DNA of 64,000 nt from an uncultured virus (IMG/VR IMGVR_UViG_3300036770_005540) (taxonomy: Duplodnaviria; Heunggongvirae; Uroviricota; Caudoviricetes): the IMG/VR virus record IMGVR_UViG_3300036770_005540, positions 1-64,000 of that record. One strand, given 5' to 3'. The notes under the pieces are model-generated. The model saw only the letters and a list, made by a program, of their open reading frames with translations. It was not told where the DNA came from and made no database searches. Positions 52,122 to 59,655 of the stretch are shown piece by piece; positions within the stretch are counted from its first letter, which is position 1; each line of letters starts with the position of its first letter. Position numbers and translations under genes: made by a program.

Positions 52122-52556
52122 ATGCTAAATCTAACAGATGACTACATAGACAGTTTACCTGCGGACACACGACGCATCCCTGATGTTGAGCGTGGCCTAT
52201 ACGTATTACAGACGTGGCAGAAGAATGGGGCCAGTGGCTCACCTGCTTCATGGCTCAAAAATTACATGATTCGCTCAGAGGGTTTGATGTGGATAAATCA
52301 AAACATCATCCCAAAACTAGGCGTCGCCATCGTGGCCGAGGAAAAGACGGAAAAACGCAAGGACAAGTACGCCAAGTTGGAGAAACTTGCGCTGGATAAC
52401 CTGTATCACGAATTCACGACCCAGCAACTCGCTGATGAGTCGGGGCTCGGCGCACAAACCATTAGCAAGTGGGCAAAGACCACTGGTTACTTCCGAGTAA
52501 TAGGGCGTGGCAAGTGGGAAGCCCGCAATCCAAAAGATGACCGCAAAAACGCCTAG
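52122..52556 (+). CDS. Hypothetical protein with C-terminal winged-HTH-like segment
   Basis: FTTQQLADESGLGAQTISKW. Cassette promoter at 52097. Confidence 0.65.
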   Translation: MLNLTDDYIDSLPADTRRIPDVERGLYVLQTWQKNGASGSPASWLKNYMIRSEGLMWINQNIIPKLGVAIVAEEKTEKRKDKYAKLEKLALDNLYHEFTTQQLADESGLGAQTISKWAKTTGYFRVIGRGKWEARNPKDDRKNA

Positions 52557-52593
52557 GGTTGTCTTAACTCATTATTGCCTGTAAGGTACAAGT

Positions 52594-53316
52594 ATGACAA
52601 CTACAAACACCACCACCAAACTCCCCGAGTGCTGGCAAGCACTTGAGGATGTACTTACCAACAACATTGACCGAGTCATCTTGTTTGGTCCCCCAGGGAC
52701 AGGCAAGACGTACGCAGGCATGAATTTCGGCAACGTGGGTAACGGCTCGTTCCGCATCACCTGCACCGAGGACATGACCAACCTGAACGTAGACGGCGCT
52801 TTCATGCCGACTAGTGACGGCAAGGCTTTCAAGTGGTATGAGGGTTCTGCTCTTAAGGCATGGCAGGCAGGCGGTCGTCTCGTCGTGGACGAGATTGACA
52901 AGGCTGGCTCCGACGTGTTCGCCACGCTACTGAACTTCCTTGACTCTCCTGAGTCTGCATCGTGGGAGCATCCTGAGAACGGACAGATTATCCGTCCCTC
53001 CAATGGATTCTCCGCAGTGATGACCACCAACGTTGAGGACATGGACGAATTGCCCGAAGCGTTGGCCGACCGATTCCCTGTTCGGATTCGCATCAACCAG
53101 CCACATCCCAATGCACTGCGTCGTCTCTCACGAGACCTGCGTGAGGTTGCGGTTAACTACGCCGACGCTGGACGAGACCGAATTTCACTGCGAACGTTCA
53201 TGGCCTTTGACAATCTCCGAAACTCAATGGGCGACGAACGTGCCAGCAAGATTGTCTTTGGGCATCGTGCTGACGGAATCATGGATGCTCTCAGGGTTAA
53301 TGCGGTGGCATCGTGA
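52594..53316 (+). CDS. MoxR/CbbQ/CobS-like AAA+ ATPase
   Basis: Walker A GPPGTGKT, Walker B VVDEID, TTN and ALADRF. Confidence 0.88.
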   Translation: MTTTNTTTKLPECWQALEDVLTNNIDRVILFGPPGTGKTYAGMNFGNVGNGSFRITCTEDMTNLNVDGAFMPTSDGKAFKWYEGSALKAWQAGGRLVVDEIDKAGSDVFATLLNFLDSPESASWEHPENGQIIRPSNGFSAVMTTNVEDMDELPEALADRFPVRIRINQPHPNALRRLSRDLREVAVNYADAGRDRISLRTFMAFDNLRNSMGDERASKIVFGHRADGIMDALRVNAVAS

Positions 53317-54866
53317 CCACAAAAACCACGATTGAACCACACGCACTAACACGGCGTGATAGACCGACACTGCGCTGGAGCGTTGAAGAAGTCATCGCCA
53401 AGCGTGGATACGCCAAGACCGACATCATCGGGCGCAAGATATATGCGCCTGCTGGATTGTCGGAACTTGAGCGTGTCGTACGTGCGCACGAGTTGATGCA
53501 TGCCAGAATCACACCTGCCGAAGAAATTGGTGATTGGATTAAACGTGGCGTTGCGTCAAAAGATTCAATCTATGCAGTTGAAGAAGTGCGTGTTAACTAC
53601 GCAATTCAAAAGGCTGGCTTTGATTTAAACGAACTGACCGACGGCAACGAAGATGCTGACGGCGAACTTGCAGTAATCCAAAACAATTGGGAGGGTGCCG
53701 TTCGTTTTGCGGTCGCTACCGCTGGCACTGCTGGCGGTAAACGATTTCTCGTCGGCGTGCGTCGCCAATCAAAACATTGGGCGAATGCTCTTCAACGAAT
53801 CCAAAAACATATTTGGAAACAAATTGAGGGTGCCGACACTGGTCGTATCGGCCGTAAGCGTGTAGTGAGGGAACCTTTGTTCTCAACCGAGGTACATAAG
53901 TACATCGGGCTTGCACCTGCTGGCTTTGCGTGGACCGAGCGTTGGGCTGAGTACCTTGACCGACTTGGTGCGATGCAACCGCCTGAAAAGAATCCGACCA
54001 CGGCCAAGAAAACAAAGAAATCAAGCACCGAGGCCGAGGGTAAAGAAGATGAATCCGACAAGTCCGAGTCCGAGTCTGGCGACAAAACTGATTCTGAAGA
54101 ATCAACAGAAATTGCCAATAAAGGTTCTGAGGATGACTTTGAAGAACGTATGCGTCGGATGAATCCGCTCTCATACAGCCGTGGTAGCGAAGAGTGGAGC
54201 AAACTCCTATGGGGCAAGACAAAATTGTCTCGTGTCTCAAAGGGTGCTCTTGGCAAGAAGCGCTATGCGATGCAATACGGTCGCAATCCACGACGCATCG
54301 GGCGACTCTACACTGACCCACAACGTCGTGTGTTTGACCACGAGCGTCGTGCCAAGGGTGGAATTGTCCTGATTGACGGTTCTGGCTCTATGGCACTTGA
54401 CCGTGATGACGTTCTCAAGATTCTGCAAGTGGCACCAGGTGCGACTGTCGCAATCTATTCCGACATGGATGAGGGTGAGGGCCGTTTGCCAAACATCCAC
54501 ATTCTCGCAAAAGACGGAAAATGTGTTGAGGAAAAAGACATGCCAGATTTTGGCGCTGGCAACGGCGTTGACTTCCCTGCTCTTGATTGGGCGATTAAGG
54601 AACGCAAGAAGAAGGAACCTGTCGTTTGGGTAACTGATGGCGGTGTGTGCGTTGCCAACAGCGGATTTAATCATTCGCTAGCGGTGCAGTGCATCAATCA
54701 CGCCAAGCGCCATAAAGTAATCTGCGTTGACCACGTTGATTCGGCAATCAAACAATTGCAGGCTCTGAACAACGGACAGACTGTCCGAGTCAAGTACCCT
54801 CAGTACTTCACTCAAGTCATCAACCACTTGGGCGGTATGGACGAAGAACAGGTAGTCAAGAAGTAA
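53313..54866 (+). CDS. HExxH metallopeptidase-like + vWA domain protein (partner of the AAA ATPase)
   Basis: AHELMH...EE.RVN, an acidic linker, MIDAS DGSGS and TDG. Confidence 0.8.
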   Translation: MTTKTTIEPHALTRRDRPTLRWSVEEVIAKRGYAKTDIIGRKIYAPAGLSELERVVRAHELMHARITPAEEIGDWIKRGVASKDSIYAVEEVRVNYAIQKAGFDLNELTDGNEDADGELAVIQNNWEGAVRFAVATAGTAGGKRFLVGVRRQSKHWANALQRIQKHIWKQIEGADTGRIGRKRVVREPLFSTEVHKYIGLAPAGFAWTERWAEYLDRLGAMQPPEKNPTTAKKTKKSSTEAEGKEDESDKSESESGDKTDSEESTEIANKGSEDDFEERMRRMNPLSYSRGSEEWSKLLWGKTKLSRVSKGALGKKRYAMQYGRNPRRIGRLYTDPQRRVFDHERRAKGGIVLIDGSGSMALDRDDVLKILQVAPGATVAIYSDMDEGEGRLPNIHILAKDGKCVEEKDMPDFGAGNGVDFPALDWAIKERKKKEPVVWVTDGGVCVANSGFNHSLAVQCINHAKRHKVICVDHVDSAIKQLQALNNGQTVRVKYPQYFTQVINHLGGMDEEQVVKK

Positions 54867-54920
54867 TGAAGAAGTCAGCCAGCGCACGTTTAGGTTGGTG
54901 TTCACGTGCGCTGGCACCAA

Positions 54921-55007
54921 AAGACGGTGTCACCGGCAGTGACCCAAGCCAGCAAATATGCTGGCCATGCGTCCTAGCGCACTTCCCGCTGTCGGTGGCA
55001 CTGTCTT
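54921..55007 (+). ncRNA. Candidate three-way-junction structured RNA
   Basis: 21-bp stem 54921-54941/54987-55007 whose four non-Watson-Crick positions are all G-U, enclosing two short hairpins. Confidence 0.6.
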
Positions 55008-55035
55008 GCAATTACTAAACGAAAGGAAGACAATC

Positions 55036-55245
55036 ATGAATGGCAAGACTCTTGCAGGAGAGAGACGCGGCCAGGCGGCTCAGCGCAGAAACGTCAATTT
55101 CGCGTTGACGATGTCGCAGTTCGAAGAACTTCAAGACATGGCCATGATGGCGGACATGCAGATATCCGAATACATCAGATACGCGATTTTCGGGGCCGCC
55201 GCTGCCAGGCGGCCGCGCAACCAGAGGAGCGCGCCGCAGCAATGA
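55036..55245 (+). CDS. Ribbon-helix-helix-like protein
   Basis: GAAAGGAAG ribosome-binding site; NVNFALT...L...A....M.ISEYIR. Confidence 0.6.
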   Translation: MNGKTLAGERRGQAAQRRNVNFALTMSQFEELQDMAMMADMQISEYIRYAIFGAAAARRPRNQRSAPQQ

Positions 55246-55329
55246 GAAGTTCTAAAAAGTTTTTTTTCTTCTGGTTCACCCAGTTGATGTCGCGCGTCAT
55301 TTCACCATACGGTGGTGGAAAGCAACGTC

Positions 55330-55575
55330 CTAACTCCGGCGCATGAACGCGCGGTCCCACACCCGTAGGAAGTTGAATCCCAAAATCAAACTCGTACAAT
55401 TAACCCAAGAAAGTTTCCATGAGATTGCATCGATTGACCAGAAGAGCCGCACCGCCAGGTAGAGGGCCAAAGAATAAACCAGGCTTGAGAACACGAAGTT
55501 CAAGAAACCAGACAAGATTTGCTGTTTTGCCTGTTCCTGGAATTTCCGGAACTCCTCCATCTCCGGATGGCTCAC
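55330..55575 (-). CDS. Small membrane protein
   Basis: Two hydrophobic segments. GTGA overlap with the upstream gene. Confidence 0.5.
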   Translation of the reverse strand: MSHPEMEEFRKFQEQAKQQILSGFLNFVFSSLVYSLALYLAVRLFWSIDAISWKLSWVNCTSLILGFNFLRVWDRAFMRRS

Positions 55576-55952
55576 TGGGAAACCTGAGAATTTTTGCGAA
55601 CAATCTGGTGAACGCGTTGGCGAGAAAGTTCAAACTCATCAGCAATAAAGCGAAGAGATTTTCCGCCGCGATGCAAGTCCAATATCTTGGAGTTTCTGTC
55701 GGAGTTCGTAGCCGGCCCTGGGCGCAGCGGGCCCCATTGCCAGTCGCGAATTTGCTCGAGTCGCTGAATCTTTTCCTGGCTCAATTGCCCCTTGCGGCGA
55801 CGCTGTCGAAGATACCCAACCCAAGAACCCAGCGGAACGGGGTTGCCATCGACCTCCTCGATGTGATTGGCCGGGACTCGACAGTGGTCTTCCCGCGCGA
55901 CGAAGTTATTAAGGGCTGTAATTGTTGTGTTAAAACGGGTAACGTTGTCCAT
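55572..55952 (-). CDS. Helicase-associated (HA) domain + HTH protein
   Basis: H..VP...LG.WV...R.....G.LS.E.I..LE...W, then GKSLRFIADEFELSRQRVHQI. Confidence 0.75.
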   Translation of the reverse strand: MDNVTRFNTTITALNNFVAREDHCRVPANHIEEVDGNPVPLGSWVGYLRQRRRKGQLSQEKIQRLEQIRDWQWGPLRPGPATNSDRNSKILDLHRGGKSLRFIADEFELSRQRVHQIVRKNSQVSQ

Positions 55953-56074
55953 GTCGAAGACAATAGCAAATGCATTTAAGCCTCAAGTTGATATTTTGAA
56001 ACTTTAATTAGAAATAGTTTTTGACAAACCTTTACGGTGGTGGAAAGCAACTCGTTGAGTGGTACTATCTAGGG

Positions 56075-56458
56075 ATGGAAGACCACGACGAACAAGATTT
56101 GGCTAGATTTGTCGAAAGAGTCAGAGAAGATATGGAGTTTGGGGAAACAGATGGCGGCCCCAATCGAATCATTGCTTCATGCCAAGACGTCGAGTCGGAC
56201 ATATACCTGCTGATAATGGCCGTGCCGCGCGAGTCCCTGTCCGATGGCGTGGGCCCCGAGTTATTCCAGACACCAGATGAACATAAGTTTCTGGCCTGCC
56301 TAAACGAGGAAGTTCTTTGGGCAAAAGCAGATGAAATAAGTGAAGAAAATATTTTCTACACAAGCCAGGAAAAAAATGACCTGATGGCTGAATTTATTGC
56401 GGACTTTTTGCCGCCGCTATTCGAGCGCGCTCGAGAAATGATTCCGCTAGATATTTAA
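56075..56458 (+). CDS. Hypothetical acidic protein
   Basis: ATG 6 nt after TACTAT. Confidence 0.55.
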   Translation: MEDHDEQDLARFVERVREDMEFGETDGGPNRIIASCQDVESDIYLLIMAVPRESLSDGVGPELFQTPDEHKFLACLNEEVLWAKADEISEENIFYTSQEKNDLMAEFIADFLPPLFERAREMIPLDI

Positions 56459-56970
56459 GCGCCTTGGTGGTGGAAAGGTTGGGGACTGCCGCCAGAAGAA
56501 CCCAACCACCGAAGAAACACACTTCGTGGCGGCAGCCCCGCTACGCGACCAAGGGGGAAAGGGGGGGAACACCCTGGCCACGCAATTATCGAAAGTACCA
56601 CAGAGATTTGTTGTCCCAGTGTAACTTTTAAAAATTTTGTCGAAGTTGCATGTTTTGCCGCCGGGTGCTGCTAGCGTGAGCCCCGTTCCGCGTTTCGCGT
56701 TTCCTCCCTGGGGCAAGGGGCGCGGAACAACAAAATACTTCTGCGCAGGAAGACCAACCATCAAAAACAACACCCAAAACTGGGTGCCGGCGGAGCCTTG
56801 CCAAAAATCAAAAGTTTTAAGCAAAGGTTCCCCCGGACCCCCTCCAAAGTTCAACACTCTAAGAAGTGTTCAATTATGAAGGGCCGTAAAAACAACAAAA
56901 GAAACTTCGGTTCATTTACGTCCTCTATCTCATACGGTGGTGGAAGACCGAGGTTGCTATAAATACAGAA

Positions 56971-57345
56971 ATGGTGTATCTTGAGGTGATGATGACGACT
57001 AAGCGTTTCAGACTCACCAAGGCTGAGAAACAAGAAAAAGCCATCTCTGACCGGAAGAAAGAAGAACTCGTTTCTCCCGAAGATATTTTGGCCGTTTTTA
57101 ACCACTGGGTCGAAACCCACAAGAAAGACGCGCGCCGCAAACCTGTCCTTGATGCAAAGCGCCGCAGATTGCTAGCCGTTGCCATCTACGACTACAGCGT
57201 CGATGACTGCATGGCGGCCATAGACGGCTGTGCCAACTCCCACTTCCACATGGGACAGAACAAGCAGGGAAAGGTCTACAACTCCCTGGAACTGATATTC
57301 CGCTCTGCAGAGTACATCGAGCGATTTATTGGCTACAACGAATGA
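56971..57345 (+). CDS. Phage replication-initiator C-terminal-like protein
   Basis: VF.HW...AIDGC..S.FHMG.N....YN.LELIFR pattern. Confidence 0.5.
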   Translation: MVYLEVMMTTKRFRLTKAEKQEKAISDRKKEELVSPEDILAVFNHWVETHKKDARRKPVLDAKRRRLLAVAIYDYSVDDCMAAIDGCANSHFHMGQNKQGKVYNSLELIFRSAEYIERFIGYNE

Positions 57346-57421
57346 GGACCGGGGCTATCGTGGTTGCCATGCTTGCTTTCTACGCAGCACTGGCGGTGGC
57401 GGATAGGAGAAAGGGCCGGCG

Positions 57422-57883
57422 ATGACAGAAGAAGAAATCGGCAAATTTATTAAAACCTTGTACTACACGTACGACCGGGTACTTGTCCCCAAGGAAGTCA
57501 AAGAGTTCAGCACGGCATGGAAGCCATACGTGGGCGAGTTTGACTATGAACTCGCCCAACAATTATTGCCCAACATTTGTATGGGTAAAGAATTTCCCCC
57601 ACGGCCATGGGAGGTTAGAGTTTTCCTCGTAAATTACACCAAACAAATTACCCCTGCTCCATCACCCCAAGAAGCGTGGGGACAGTACCAAGAGATAATG
57701 GCAGCAGTCACGAACGGGACTTCCGCAAACGTACGGATACATGATGCGTTGGTTGCGACCCTAAAGGCCATGGGGGGTATAGGGCTCAACAACCAGTTCG
57801 ACGCCAAGCGATTTGAAGAACTTTACAAGGATAAGGTTAACCAATGGATGAAGAACACGTACTGGATGGGCGATAAGCAATGA
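57422..57883 (+). CDS. Possible helicase loader/inhibitor-like protein
   Basis: AW...FPP.P...P...EAW pattern, adjacent to the replication-like gene. Confidence 0.4.
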   Translation: MTEEEIGKFIKTLYYTYDRVLVPKEVKEFSTAWKPYVGEFDYELAQQLLPNICMGKEFPPRPWEVRVFLVNYTKQITPAPSPQEAWGQYQEIMAAVTNGTSANVRIHDALVATLKAMGGIGLNNQFDAKRFEELYKDKVNQWMKNTYWMGDKQ

Positions 57884-58001
57884 CAAAACGACAAAAAAAT
57901 GAAAAGACTGACACGGGCGCAGCACTTCTCTCACTTTTTGCCCTTTTGGCAATAACCACGGGATTTGCGATTCTGTTCGTATTGACCTTCTAGTGATGTC
58001 C

Positions 58002-58163
58002 ATGAAGCGCAATGTCGGCAGACCCCCAAAGACCCCAACAGGGGAAAAGGTCGCCTTGACCCTCAAACTTCCTTCTGGGGTGAAGGCCAAGTTGATAGCC
58101 GATGCCGATGCGGTTGGTTTAACCTTGACCGACTACCTGATTGCCCTTATCCAGCGAGGCTGA
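58002..58163 (+). CDS. Small RHH-like protein with GRP (AT-hook-like) start
   Basis: MKRNVGRPPK...LTLKLP...GLTLTDYL. Too short for the ORF track. Confidence 0.55.
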   Translation: MKRNVGRPPKTPTGEKVALTLKLPSGVKAKLIADADAVGLTLTDYLIALIQRG

Positions 58164-58164
58164 C

Positions 58165-58506
58165 ATGGCCGAGCCTCAAAGAGCCAAATACGAAGACCGC
58201 CTATACAACGTCGGCATACGAATATCAGGCAAACAAAAGAACCTCATTATTGACCATGCCAAATCAAAGGGTATTTCTGTATCCCAATTAATTGAGTACG
58301 CCGTTTGGGAGTTCATCAGAAACGACAAGGGAATCCCTTCCCCCGGCCCTTCTCAGTTCGCCAAGATAAACGAAGCCGATGAGATACGTGCCTACCTGAC
58401 GGGTGTGAACCTATTGCAACCCTGCGGACAGTTGACCTGCAAACAAGAAACTGTGATGTTTCAAGGCATGGAGTTCTGCGAAACCTGCAATCTGAGGATT
58501 GGTTAA
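58165..58506 (+). CDS. RHH-like protein with C-terminal Zn finger
   Basis: GIRISG...A...GISVSQLI, then C....C...C..C. Confidence 0.55.
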   Translation: MAEPQRAKYEDRLYNVGIRISGKQKNLIIDHAKSKGISVSQLIEYAVWEFIRNDKGIPSPGPSQFAKINEADEIRAYLTGVNLLQPCGQLTCKQETVMFQGMEFCETCNLRIG

Positions 58507-58820
58507 TCGCCCCACATTTGAGCCAAAGTCGGCCTTGTGGGTCTTAATCCTCTTTTTCTTTGTTCTGCTGCCAGTTGTCTTGAAGTCAGTCCTGCCCATA
58601 CCCCATGCATGTCTGCGGGTGGAAATTGCAAGGCATAATCCAAGCAATACCTTTGCACCAAGCAAGCACGGCATATGGCTCTTGCCTGTGCTATGTAGGT
58701 AATATCCTTATGTTCTTTGGGAAACATTAGTTTGGTCTTTCCCTTACAGTTAGCCATGTCCATCCACTTGTCGCCGTGTATATACGGTGCTGGAGTTACT
58801 TCTACCTTTTTCTTTGCCAT
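58503..58820 (-). CDS. whiB: WhiB-family regulator
   Basis: W...ANC...FP...A.AICRAC.V...CLDYAL...GVWAG. Confidence 0.9.
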   Translation of the reverse strand: MAKKKVEVTPAPYIHGDKWMDMANCKGKTKLMFPKEHKDITYIAQARAICRACLVQRYCLDYALQFPPADMHGVWAGLTSRQLAAEQRKRGLRPTRPTLAQMWGD

Positions 58821-58835
58821 ATAAATTTATCCAAA

Positions 58836-59465
58836 TTAATATTTGGACTTGCTCTCTTTCCTGGTGTCTTGTATGTGCACATGGTACGGGCTCCCCGTAT
58901 AAGGGTCAAACCGTGCTGCTGCTGCAAGGGCCTTTAGCGCCTGCTGTCTAGCCTTTTGAATATTCGGGCGCCCGCGAGCCGCCAAAGCATGCAAAGCCCC
59001 CATTGCGTATTGGGCTCCAGTTCCTATCGCATAGGTGCCATTGACATCCGAATACCACGAGTAATCCCCATCCACTGTGTACAGGGTTCCGTTTACTGCC
59101 ACTATTACAGAACTGCCCATTTCAGCCATATGGGTCTTTAAGTCATTATCGGGCATTGCGTACCCCTGCTGTTCAAAGCACTCTCGTAGTGCAGGGATAA
59201 ATTTGACCGTAAAGAAGTGGTCGAGTTTCTTCCCTTTTAAATTAGGCGGCGCTGTTGGTGGCTGGAATGCATGATGCAGGATGTTGATGGCCCGCACGTC
59301 CCCAGCCGCCCCTATCAAGTACCTGCCATTTGACTGGACCTTCCCAGTGCCCTCACGCATGGTAACCACCTGCGTCACGTAGCCGTGTTCGTCTACATCT
59401 GAAACCTGGGAGTCAGTGCAAATGAGAGCAAAGGTATCTCCCTGTATCCCAACAATTGTTGTCAT
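58836..59465 (-). CDS. HslV/proteasome-beta-like Ntn-hydrolase
   Basis: N-terminal MTTIVG, DSQ, GK, GAAG, AIGTG..YAMGAL and D.YTG. Confidence 0.8.
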   Translation of the reverse strand: MTTIVGIQGDTFALICTDSQVSDVDEHGYVTQVVTMREGTGKVQSNGRYLIGAAGDVRAINILHHAFQPPTAPPNLKGKKLDHFFTVKFIPALRECFEQQGYAMPDNDLKTHMAEMGSSVIVAVNGTLYTVDGDYSWYSDVNGTYAIGTGAQYAMGALHALAARGRPNIQKARQQALKALAAAARFDPYTGSPYHVHIQDTRKESKSKY

Positions 59466-59655
59466 CACTCCTGCCCGTTCAGTCTTTTTTCGTAAAACTC
59501 AATACCGGCAGGGGTCGCCTTGTATAACCACTCGCCGTTTTCATCTATGCCAACTATTTCTATGTATTTCTTGTCAACAAGTTCTTCCAAGGCTTCCTTG
59601 ATGTGCTCCATGATTTGCTCATCATCCCCCCAGAACTCATCCCCAAGGGTGGACA

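Larger units (their letters stand above)
29432..52587. promoter_or_regulatory. About 35 copies of a conserved cassette promoter, TTGnnn-(17 nt ending ATTATTGCCTG)-TAAGGT, mostly 6 nt before a start codon
   Basis: Appears on + as (C)CTTACAGGCAATAAT near 29432, 31565, 32748, 33373, 33613, 33960, 34444, 35546, 36040, 36519, 38140, 38930, 39600, 40118, 40306, 41026, 41771, 42921, 43320, 43885, 44670, 44915, 45578, 46164, 46788, 47214, 47902, 48755, 49545, 50424 and 51265, with a variant at 51330. Inverted at 36560, 52097 and 52570, where the genes are on +. Confidence 0.9.
33727..56947 (+). repeat. About 14 co-oriented copies of CTAT-N4-TACGGTGGYGGAAAG
   Basis: Near 33727, 36217, 39076, 40440, 41947, 45057, 46346, 48348, 50606, 51421, 55308, 56033, 56465 (partial) and 56925. 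Confidence 0.85.

Noticed and set aside
29432..52587. CCTTACAGGCAATAATG repeats as a CRISPR array
   Set aside because: Spacing is irregular (about 190 to over 2000 bp), the intervening DNA is protein-coding, orientation follows the genes, and there are no cas genes.
31357..52587. Classical integron with attC sites
   Set aside because: The repeat is not palindromic, lies 5' of genes with promoter geometry, and no tyrosine recombinase is in the window.
29238..53111. Recurring peptides LTGNN, IIACKV, TLQAI and PYRQ in many track ORFs
   Set aside because: These are translations of the DNA promoter motif in shadow frames, not a protein repeat family.
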